From assembly GCA_965223845.1 (NCBI GenBank), contig CBDCXR010000004.1:6624001-6688000 (forward strand): DNA of 64,000 nucleotides, read 5' to 3'. The notes under the pieces are model-generated. The model had not been told where the DNA came from. It did no database searches and saw only the letters and a list, made by a program, of their open reading frames with translations. A program made the translations under genes and the position numbers. The stretch comes from Planctomycetota bacterium. GTDB lineage: Bacteria; Planctomycetota; UBA8108; SXIK01. Each line of letters opens with the position of its first letter. Position 1 is the first letter of the stretch. Below, in pieces: positions 50,201 through 56,711 of the stretch.

Positions 50201-52875
50201 TTTCGATCCCCGACCCGGTCGACACTCCCATCATCGACGAACCGATTTTCGAGTGCCCGAACCCTCCGTTCGATTGCGTGTCACCCAACTGCATCGAAGT
50301 GTGCGAGGAAGATGAAGAAGGCGATAAATTCCGGCAACGATTCTTCGATAAGGATCGGGCCGCGAGACTTGCTGGGCGCCAGGACAAGGGTGGTGCCGGG
50401 ACGGGGATCTTCAAGATCCACGAGGTCGTCTCCATTCCCGAGACGTTCTACTCGCCGGACGGAGGGACCTACGTCGACGTCTGGATGAGTGCGGAGGAGG
50501 GAGACGGTGGTGCACTCAACGTGCGCCGCGTCGGTGACGTCTCCCGTGACTACGTCTTCACGTTGGGCGGCCCGAACCCGTTCTTCCTCGACCCGTCTGG
50601 TGCTTTCATCACCGACGATATCGCTCTGATCGCGTTCACGCAGTCGAATCCCAACTTGATGATGAATCTTCCGGCGCTCGACATCGATGATCCGGGGCCG
50701 CACGTCGACGCCTCGAACCACAACGCGGCGGTCGCCAATATTCGCGTCCACGCCCTAACCCCCACAACTTCCGGTTCGGCACAGCTCATCAGTTCGGGCG
50801 AGGACGTTTCGGAGGCGTCGGTGAACCAGGCGAGTTGGCGGGCCGATGGAATGGCGTCCATGGCCGGCATGCCGGGCGCGTCCGAGGCTTGGCTCGCGTG
50901 GGTGCGCTACAACGATGAGTTCCTCGAGGATAAGGGCACCCGCGAGATTCGAGTGTACTGCACCCCACCGGGATGCCGCTCGGGTCGCACGTTCGAGACG
51001 GAGGTCGTCCGAGATCTACAGCCGACGCTCAACCGAACGGGCGTCTACGTTCGACGCATCACCTACACCGAGCAGGACGGCGTGCACGCGGTACCTGGTT
51101 CGTCTCCGATGGAAGTCTCCACCGTCGCCGGTATCAACATCGAACCGGAAGTCGCGGCCCTTCGTGACGGGAGCGCCGCGGTTTGCGTGTGGGTTCACAA
51201 CGGCCAGCACGAAAACATGACGGACGACAATCGCGGTTGGAATTTGCATTTCTCGCGTTGGGAGCGAACCACCGGTCAGTGGAGCGCTCCCGTCGACGTC
51301 GTCGACTCCGCCATCCTTGCAGATTACCCGGGAATCCTCGAGCCGCGCGTGGTGGTGAAGCCCGGAGATGCCGGGAGATTCGAGGGCCTTCTCGCGTTCA
51401 CGGCCGTTCCCCCCGGAGCGGAGCCGAACGACACCGGGTTGGGCGGCCTTCGGTTCCTCTACACCCTTCGTTTCCGAGAAGAGGCCAACGGTACGGTCAC
51501 GTTCGATACGCCGATCCGAATTCGGGGACGGTGCGACGCCCCGATATACGTCTGGGACTACGAGTTCGGCTACGAGCTCGATGTCTTTGCCCCCAGCCCG
51601 GAGGACGACCTACTCTTCAAGTACGGCCCGGAGGCAGTGATCGTGTTCCAGTGCCGCGGCGTGCCGGGTACGAGGGCGAGCGCCGGCGATGTCATGGTCA
51701 CCGCGCTTCCGGATTCGACGGACGAGTGGTCCCCGCCCGTCTGCGTGACTGGGAGCGACCGGACCATTACGAACACGGTGGCGTCGGTCAGCCCGATTGG
51801 CGGCGTTCACGCGGTGTATCTCGACCAGGGCGCCTCGATCGAGGGGTTCGCGGCGGAGATTCAGCAGAACGGCCGCGTCGCAGCGATTCAGGGAATTCCC
51901 CCGCGCGGTTACCAAACCATCGACTGCGCGCTCGACCCCGACTTAGCGCTCGTGCGCTGCGATCTGAGTCATCAGTTCGCGGGTCCCGGTTCGACCGTCA
52001 CGGCCCGAGTACGCGTCGAGAACCGCGGACTCGCAGGGTCCGCGGTCGATTCTGGTGGGAATAGCCTCAGCGGCGTGCAGATTCTCTACTATTCGGATGA
52101 CCCGGAGTTTCGGGACGACCCAGGGCGCGTGGTCGCGGCGCTCGAGCTGCCCGAGATTCCGCCGGGCATGACGCATGACCTAACGTTCGAGATCGAGATG
52201 CCCCACGACCCCGTTCGACTCGAAGCGCGTGTGTTCCCGAATCCCATCGATCGCGACGATTCGAACAACAAGAAATCGTGCGATTTCGGCGCGCCTCGAC
52301 CGCTCGATCTCTTCTGCCAGGCGAGAATCATCGAAGACAGCGAGCGGGGCGAGAACATCGTCGCCGTGCTCGAGTGGCAGAATCCCGTTAAGTACGAGGA
52401 GATGCTCGTCTACCGCGATCAGAAACTGATCGCGTCGATCCCGGGATCCGTCGAACGTTTCGTCGACATCGAAATCGAGGAGACGGTCAACCTCGGCGTC
52501 GAACATGTCTACTCGATTCGAGGTTGCCTTGGCGTGTCGCGCTCGAGCTACGCAACGTGTGCACTGCAGCCGCCGATCGAATCTTCCGGTGACTTCCGTC
52601 GTGGCGACGCCAACGCGGACGGCGCAGTCAACATCTCCGACCCGATATTCGGCCTGAACCGGCTGTTCGGCGACGGCGAAGTCTTGCCGTGTCTTGAGAG
52701 CGGCGACGTCAACGCCGACGCGGCGTTCAACATCGCGGATCCGATTTTCCTCCTCAACAATCTGTTCGGCGACGGACCTTCGCCCGTCGAAGGCCACGGG
52801 GCGCGCGGATTCGACTGTGGTCCAGATCCCGATCCGGAGTCGTCGCTCGGTTGCGACCTCTACGACAAGTGCTGA
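44257..52875 (+). CDS. Giant secreted protein (~2,870 aa): SBBP beta-propeller, IPT/TIG repeats, unknown core, CARDB-like Ig domain, dockerin-like C-terminus
   Basis: GGAGG RBS; LRFEPNFGQ and LEYDFVLSPGADP; repeated YSTYLGG; four IPT-like units (e.g. GVEPNTFPLDGGVAVEVIGGNF); VRVENRG; FRRGDANADG. Confidence 0.88.
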   Translation: MFRAVLLISSSIVLYAETSLSFPLDPQNKVAGISWAVERGFGALPLRFEPNFGQVAAEARYLARGAGYAICIEPIGATMVFRQNAGDADSARGSVVRLRFVAANPRASFSSVGRLPGVSHYITGRDRSRWMARVPHFSRVEAAEVYSGIDVAYYGSDRRLEYDFVLSPGADPDSICLRFDGVTNIAIDSDGNLILDTANVPIRQRAPLAYQRASDGSHQPVRVAYTLDSEQRVKFDLGPYDPDRELVIDPIVDYATLLGGDAQDLANDVAVDGSGAMYLTGHTSSTDFPTKAGGFDVTKDASDAFVTKISPDGRNVIYSTYLGGPESEGGTGHAIVVDDLGRAHIGGSTLASYYVTPNAVQEVGERPAFAMRLSADGSDVEYGTLFTGAVGATIRDIAVSDGLMYVVGDTDSTDLPIRGGFQTNAFGGSEAFVAVFDPDAPAVIGGVAESLVYSTYLGGSGDDFGRGIAMFGPGNVVVTGATRSTSVLARMFPTRNAIQNDPGASAMTTAFVTGIATRVAGPGSLTFSTFLGGSAAENDGEDDGGIATDAAGTIWVVGSTRSLDFPVSEDADQGKNLGERDAFVARIGDEGTGLEYATYLGGQSDDYAVDVEVDTAGDVHVVGDSASSSFPLLDPVQSAAGSFDAFLALYSGNGSRIHSTLYGGDGRERVGGVAVRAPGASVFAGSTREHTVSRFPTTEGAIQSTFWGSSMAFVVAIGGDSSCPEDARLEGVTPKLVSTAGGDLSFLGEGFTDEVDAYVGDQLLESPERSDERIAGFLPALPAGVYDASLRCGGEILSVLEDAVVVAPPPILEGVEPNTFPLDGGVAVEVIGGNFRGETVVRLGDVPLANPLVAADGRSIRGVAPAQAAPGQYDVVATDSRGVSRLEGAVTYFAFDPCDGEDVRIDGVSPDVIEPLVETAIDVRGAGFVAEHSLRLESGRVVSASVESPELIRANIDGVEPGLWDVELLCPTGAVVARLRDALEARRGAPSLTRVEPHEVQIEGGDSVDVFGENLTEDTVIFFAHRPLRDARLVEGREETFIRGIAPVGDVIGPVDVTARDPAGDFVLEGGVRYVREGNHILGPEQGEASLAEGTARFSWYNPVAFERIEVLDEGGNLIDELDGEATAYRSDAGDRESITYSFVGYSSADQASAELSLTAVAQDCDTPPPLSAVVQALDQRLGGLEYADVEFSLYGAHSEADSDRCAEPGGVLKLAAADLPPRTGALEPGVGNISRPNLPDAKLPQSEAVTGFSLENPATKLEFAVHYRKLAVAAGVRLRGHLIQTSPDSGFEDEFSFPPVNISATNDWHVVTYFRADSDIGRELEGPNDPGPRPCGGGECAGAEIPAGDYVLKLYAVSGDRQIPYYALSSNPEPDELLIPGTPCPPYPLVRVRDVSGEATLPLVSGLHCGKLEGVQCSNDDVRVRVTALGFWLDECNQTHSLEPVDPRFEFQWKIYTGSVPRVIPWSHRNWFEACLACGCYEVEISVRQTGCPTVLKYTRELVVTPPNLACNPSRRFEFLYPQPSPAGLDGIIGLNPPDGRLGLGSADERPLEFQILVSPNTTCGGPGTGSVDKDDIEFDIGIPGTNTFRMGIPFEVTDGCPNTIGGSKYFRVRIADLGAVPYHPALESFNGTQLWVIGHAKGTNEPWQSFSGTLRLYNPPACLATNSWRGTWEEPGCYRFETRSSEQPEQRFSMGPSLPIDIDLPELGDGGAASINVEGHSSNAVQGGFTSQFTLEGGVWSEESGVGGMRGGMMGNDITGAPLEVEPSSGAAKRRWKGADGDDDDDNDDDKKLPSWEWCDGGNLFNYEFKEDLYSGVIYQGTIWVIPVSIWANIGFGFFLNIDYQLTFKLHPFAIIDGFDAVCDAFDVPPCNPLEGCNPFEPDSCNINFENCKISLADAWMYLLVQAGINIPASIRADILFGVASVAITVKPEASFHITPWIEAHAQLPDPVFAPHMDLGARFKLFASLKACIFWGLQCISIPDPVDTPIIDEPIFECPNPPFDCVSPNCIEVCEEDEEGDKFRQRFFDKDRAARLAGRQDKGGAGTGIFKIHEVVSIPETFYSPDGGTYVDVWMSAEEGDGGALNVRRVGDVSRDYVFTLGGPNPFFLDPSGAFITDDIALIAFTQSNPNLMMNLPALDIDDPGPHVDASNHNAAVANIRVHALTPTTSGSAQLISSGEDVSEASVNQASWRADGMASMAGMPGASEAWLAWVRYNDEFLEDKGTREIRVYCTPPGCRSGRTFETEVVRDLQPTLNRTGVYVRRITYTEQDGVHAVPGSSPMEVSTVAGINIEPEVAALRDGSAAVCVWVHNGQHENMTDDNRGWNLHFSRWERTTGQWSAPVDVVDSAILADYPGILEPRVVVKPGDAGRFEGLLAFTAVPPGAEPNDTGLGGLRFLYTLRFREEANGTVTFDTPIRIRGRCDAPIYVWDYEFGYELDVFAPSPEDDLLFKYGPEAVIVFQCRGVPGTRASAGDVMVTALPDSTDEWSPPVCVTGSDRTITNTVASVSPIGGVHAVYLDQGASIEGFAAEIQQNGRVAAIQGIPPRGYQTIDCALDPDLALVRCDLSHQFAGPGSTVTARVRVENRGLAGSAVDSGGNSLSGVQILYYSDDPEFRDDPGRVVAALELPEIPPGMTHDLTFEIEMPHDPVRLEARVFPNPIDRDDSNNKKSCDFGAPRPLDLFCQARIIEDSERGENIVAVLEWQNPVKYEEMLVYRDQKLIASIPGSVERFVDIEIEETVNLGVEHVYSIRGCLGVSRSSYATCALQPPIESSGDFRRGDANADGAVNISDPIFGLNRLFGDGEVLPCLESGDVNADAAFNIADPIFLLNNLFGDGPSPVEGHGARGFDCGPDPDPESSLGCDLYDKC

Positions 52876-52893
52876 CCGGAAGAGGAACCTCGG

Positions 52894-53910
52894 TTACCGA
52901 GCGTCTTCGTGGGTTTTCGTCGAACTCGCGCCCGTCCCAGTCGAAAGCGCGGAAATCGCGTAGCGCGCGTTGATCGCGAGCGACGCGGCTTCACTCGTCG
53001 ATCCGTCGGGCCAGCTGACGCTGACCCGCACCCGCGCGGAGTCGGGAACATCTCCGAGGCCGATATGGACCCTTTGCGGACCGCCGGTTCGCCGAGCGGG
53101 GGTGCAGGTCCGACGGTCGATTCCCTCGCCGGTGATCGTCATCTGAATCACCGCCCGTGACTCGTCGTCGGTCTCGTCCGCCGCGACAAGATGGTTCTCC
53201 GGTGGCGATAGATCGAGCGTGAGGTAGGCGCGCGGCTGAAATCCGTTCCAAAGAAGAACCGTCGGCTCGGAAGGTCCGAGGAGGAGTCCGAGATCGAGTC
53301 GGCCGTCCCGGTCGAAATCCTCGCAGACGATACCGCGGACGCCGGGCGCCACGTCGAACGCGGTTCCGAGTCGCGCGCCGACTTCGCGGAATCCGGTCTC
53401 GTCGCTGAGGTAAAACCGGAGTCGACGCGGCGCACCGAGCTCGCCGACGGGCGGCGGGGCGACGACGTCGATGTCGCCGTCGTTGTCCGCGTCGAACCAG
53501 AGACCGAGGCGAACGACGTCGCCGGGAAGCTGGGTGGGCGAATCGCCGCAATCGCTCTCGATGAGCCAGGCGACGCGATGTCGCTGGTCGGCGGCGATCC
53601 ACTCCTGCGCGATCGCTTCGAACTCACGCTCCGGCTTCCACGTCGCGAATCCGAGTCGACCCGTCCGAAGATCGACATCGAGGTCGCGCTCGTCGCGGTG
53701 GTCACCGGAAGCGATCGCGGGCACGACGCGCACCGAGAGCAGAGCGGGATCCGCGACCCGAGGGAGAGGAACGCCCGGTCGAAGCCGCTCGGCGGTCCAG
53801 ACCTCAGCCACCGGGCGCGGACCGAGCCAGTAGAGGAGAGCTCCGATCGAGACGGCAGCGATGGCGAAACTCGCCGCGCGACGACCGCTTCCGCGGGGCG
53901 ATTGCGGCAT
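52894..53910 (-). CDS. Membrane-anchored FG-GAP/ASPIC-UnbV (CRTAC1-like) protein, short and degenerate
   Basis: N-terminal TM helix; WFDADNDGDIDV, EDFDRDGRLDL, VHIGLG...VSWPDG. Confidence 0.65.
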   Translation of the reverse strand: MPQSPRGSGRRAASFAIAAVSIGALLYWLGPRPVAEVWTAERLRPGVPLPRVADPALLSVRVVPAIASGDHRDERDLDVDLRTGRLGFATWKPEREFEAIAQEWIAADQRHRVAWLIESDCGDSPTQLPGDVVRLGLWFDADNDGDIDVVAPPPVGELGAPRRLRFYLSDETGFREVGARLGTAFDVAPGVRGIVCEDFDRDGRLDLGLLLGPSEPTVLLWNGFQPRAYLTLDLSPPENHLVAADETDDESRAVIQMTITGEGIDRRTCTPARRTGGPQRVHIGLGDVPDSARVRVSVSWPDGSTSEAASLAINARYAISALSTGTGASSTKTHEDAR

Positions 53911-54062
53911 GACGATCCTCCGATCGGACGCTTGCTCGAACGGACGAGCCCGGCGCGGCGGACGGCAACGATCCGCCGGACGCGCGGCATCATCCCGGAA
54001 CGATGCTCCGTTGGCCAAGGAAAACGCGATGGCGAGAGAACAGCACACACCCTCTCGATGAC

Positions 54063-54332
54063 TCAGCGCTGGACGCGTCTCCCATATCGGTAGATCGAAT
54101 AGACGTCGCGGTCGAGCTTCCGGAGCGCCCGGAGCAGTATCGCCGCGACCCGCTTTCGTGACCGTCCCGTGCGGCGGGCGATGTCGACGATGGATGTTCC
54201 TTCGACCCCGGCGAGTGCGATGACTCGCCGCTCGTCGCGGTCGAGCGTGCGGAGTGCCTCGCGGAGTCGACGGTAGTAGTAAGGGTCGCCCCGGCAGGCG
54301 CGGATCGAGCGGCGACGCAGGCGCATCCTCAT
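54063..54332 (-). CDS. Stand-alone sigma-70 region 4 (ECF-type HTH) protein
   Basis: GAGGAGG RBS; LREALRTLDRDERRVIALAGVEGTSIVDIARRTGRS...LLRALRKL; no region 2 upstream. Confidence 0.65.
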   Translation of the reverse strand: MRMRLRRRSIRACRGDPYYYRRLREALRTLDRDERRVIALAGVEGTSIVDIARRTGRSRKRVAAILLRALRKLDRDVYSIYRYGRRVQR

Positions 54333-54659
54333 CTCCGGTCCTCCTCGGCTGCAGCCTCGCGACTGAACGCGAGTGAGTGAGGGGTTCGGTTGCGGGCCGG
54401 GATCCACTGTCCCTTCCGTCGGCAATCTCGCCCGCGAAACTCTCCATCGTGATTTACCATCGAGTTCTCCCGAGGTTCGATCAGGAGAGACCGGACGAAG
54501 AGCGATCGTAACGCGTAGACCGTATTGCGGTGCCATCTCTGCTCGGATTCGCGCGGAATCAGGCTGCCGCGGAAAATGAGCGGTTACGCGCTCAGGAGTT
54601 TCGTTCTCCAAAGCACGTTGTCGGCGAGTGGATGCTCTTGGCTCGAGGGGTGTAGATCG

Positions 54660-56711
54660 ATGGAGAATCAGAAGACGGTAGTTGCCAAAGCGAGCCTGTG
54701 GGGCGTCGTGCTTGCGTCAGTGGCCGGGGTTTCGCCGGTTTCGTTCGCGCAGCTTTGCGAGCGCGAGGATCCGGTCGAGATCCGTCTCTACTTTCCCACG
54801 GCGTCTGGAACGTACGTGGGGATCAAGGCGCCGAGCTACCGCGACGAGATCGTCGGCGGGATGACCGAGCCGTTTCACGCCAGCAATCTCGATTTCGACC
54901 CCGCTCTCGTCAGCGACGACGATCTCATCCGTTCGATCTCGGATCTCATCCGCAAGGATTTCGAGGAATTCGACGTGGTCGTCACGACGTCTCGCGATCC
55001 GTTCGAGCATCCCGAGCCGCGTTCGGGGACTCGCACCGCGGTGATCTGCACGGATTCGAAAGCCGTCGAGATCACGGGGGGCGGCTGCGGTCATCTCATC
55101 GGATACGGTCACAACACGGGTCCGTCCGGGTATCTCGGTTGGCCGGACGTCGGTTACGCGCGCATCTGGGCCGCGAGTCTGACCGAGGTGCCGCCGACGA
55201 CGCCCTGTGCGGCCGGAACGCCGCCGTGCCGTTCCTGGCTGATCGGGACACACCACACGTTGGCGAACTGGACTCGCGCGATCGGCTCGACGCTCGCGCA
55301 TGAGATTGGCCACTCCTTCGAGCTGGGCCACTGCGAGGCGCGCGGCGGTCCGGGTGGAGACACCGACCACATCATGGCGCCGAGCACGTTCAAGTGCATG
55401 GGGACGACGACCGCCGGCCTCACCTGCGACGATCGCGTAGACAAGAGACGCTACTTCAGCGATACGAGCTACGGGATCATCGGATCGAAGACCGGGCTCG
55501 CCGTTCACACGATGCACAACTGGGACTTCGTCAACACGAACAGCACCGAAGCGGTGGAGTTTAGCATCGATTTCGTAAGCCCGAGCCTCTCGCTCGACAC
55601 GCTCTGGTCGTACGAAGGCGCGGACTGCCCGTGGGGTCCTCCCACGCTCACCTCGACGGGTCTGACGACCTTTCGCGGACGCAGCTATCCGTCGTACCGG
55701 GTCACCTGGCGAGATCCTCGCCCTTGGAGCGGCGGCACGAGCGGGCGCGTCCCGGGTGGGGGGAAGTTCCACGTCGGAGTGTCCTTCGTGCAGAAAGCAC
55801 CGGTCATCCCTACGCTCGTTCGCTTCTGGGAGAAAGATGCGAGCGGAGCTCTAGTCGAGTTGTCCGATCATCCTCGTTTCGTCGCCTACGACGACGCGGC
55901 CCTCACCGCGAGCGCTCCATGTCTCTTCGAGCTCACACTCTACAATCCCGGGAATTCGGTCCTTCGGATCGCTGACTTCCACGTGCGGTTCCTCCCGCGA
56001 TTGCCCTCGCTCGAGAGCCTCGTCGAGTCGCAGATTCTGTCTCCTCTAGATCGCGCGGGACGCCCCATCACGCGGCACGACCGGTTCAAGCTGCCGAACG
56101 ATATCCTGCTCGCGGGAGGATCGTCGGTGCAGGTCCCGCTGGCGGCCCTCTCCGACGACCGATTCATCGACATCGCCGCCAAGGTCGAACCGTCCGACGA
56201 CGAAGGGCACTACTTCGTCGGGAACCGTCTCCTCGGGCCCTTCCCGGCGACGGTGACGTACGTCACGGCGGAGATCCACGACATCGAAACGGAGAGCGTC
56301 TCGCGGATGTACTACACGATTTCGGGACACGTTCCGGACTGCAACTGCAACGGGCGAGACGACAAGCTCGAGATCGCCGACGGCAGCCTCGCCGACGCGA
56401 ATGCGAACGGAATGCCGGACATTTGCGAGCGAGAGTTCATCCGCGGCGATTCGAACGGCGACGGGACACCGAATCTGTCCGACGCCCTCTACACGCTCGA
56501 TTGGATGTTCGGTTTCTCGGGCGCTCCGATCTTCCCCGATTGCTTCGACGCTCTCGATAGTTCCGACCAAGGATCGATCAACATCTCCTCGCCGGTCTAT
56601 CTCCTCAACTACCTCTTTAGCTCGGGGCCCGCACCGCCCGCGCCGTTCCCGGGGTGCGGTCAGGATTTGACTCTCGACATCCTCGACTGCAATCGCCTCA
56701 GTTGTCCGTGA
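54660..56711 (+). CDS. Secreted metzincin-like zinc metalloprotease with dockerin-like C-terminus
   Basis: Signal peptide; DFEEFDVVVTT; HEIGHSFELGH with Met-turn HIMAP; DCNCNG...DANANGMPDICE; FIRGDSNGDG. Confidence 0.82.
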   Translation: MENQKTVVAKASLWGVVLASVAGVSPVSFAQLCEREDPVEIRLYFPTASGTYVGIKAPSYRDEIVGGMTEPFHASNLDFDPALVSDDDLIRSISDLIRKDFEEFDVVVTTSRDPFEHPEPRSGTRTAVICTDSKAVEITGGGCGHLIGYGHNTGPSGYLGWPDVGYARIWAASLTEVPPTTPCAAGTPPCRSWLIGTHHTLANWTRAIGSTLAHEIGHSFELGHCEARGGPGGDTDHIMAPSTFKCMGTTTAGLTCDDRVDKRRYFSDTSYGIIGSKTGLAVHTMHNWDFVNTNSTEAVEFSIDFVSPSLSLDTLWSYEGADCPWGPPTLTSTGLTTFRGRSYPSYRVTWRDPRPWSGGTSGRVPGGGKFHVGVSFVQKAPVIPTLVRFWEKDASGALVELSDHPRFVAYDDAALTASAPCLFELTLYNPGNSVLRIADFHVRFLPRLPSLESLVESQILSPLDRAGRPITRHDRFKLPNDILLAGGSSVQVPLAALSDDRFIDIAAKVEPSDDEGHYFVGNRLLGPFPATVTYVTAEIHDIETESVSRMYYTISGHVPDCNCNGRDDKLEIADGSLADANANGMPDICEREFIRGDSNGDGTPNLSDALYTLDWMFGFSGAPIFPDCFDALDSSDQGSINISSPVYLLNYLFSSGPAPPAPFPGCGQDLTLDILDCNRLSCP

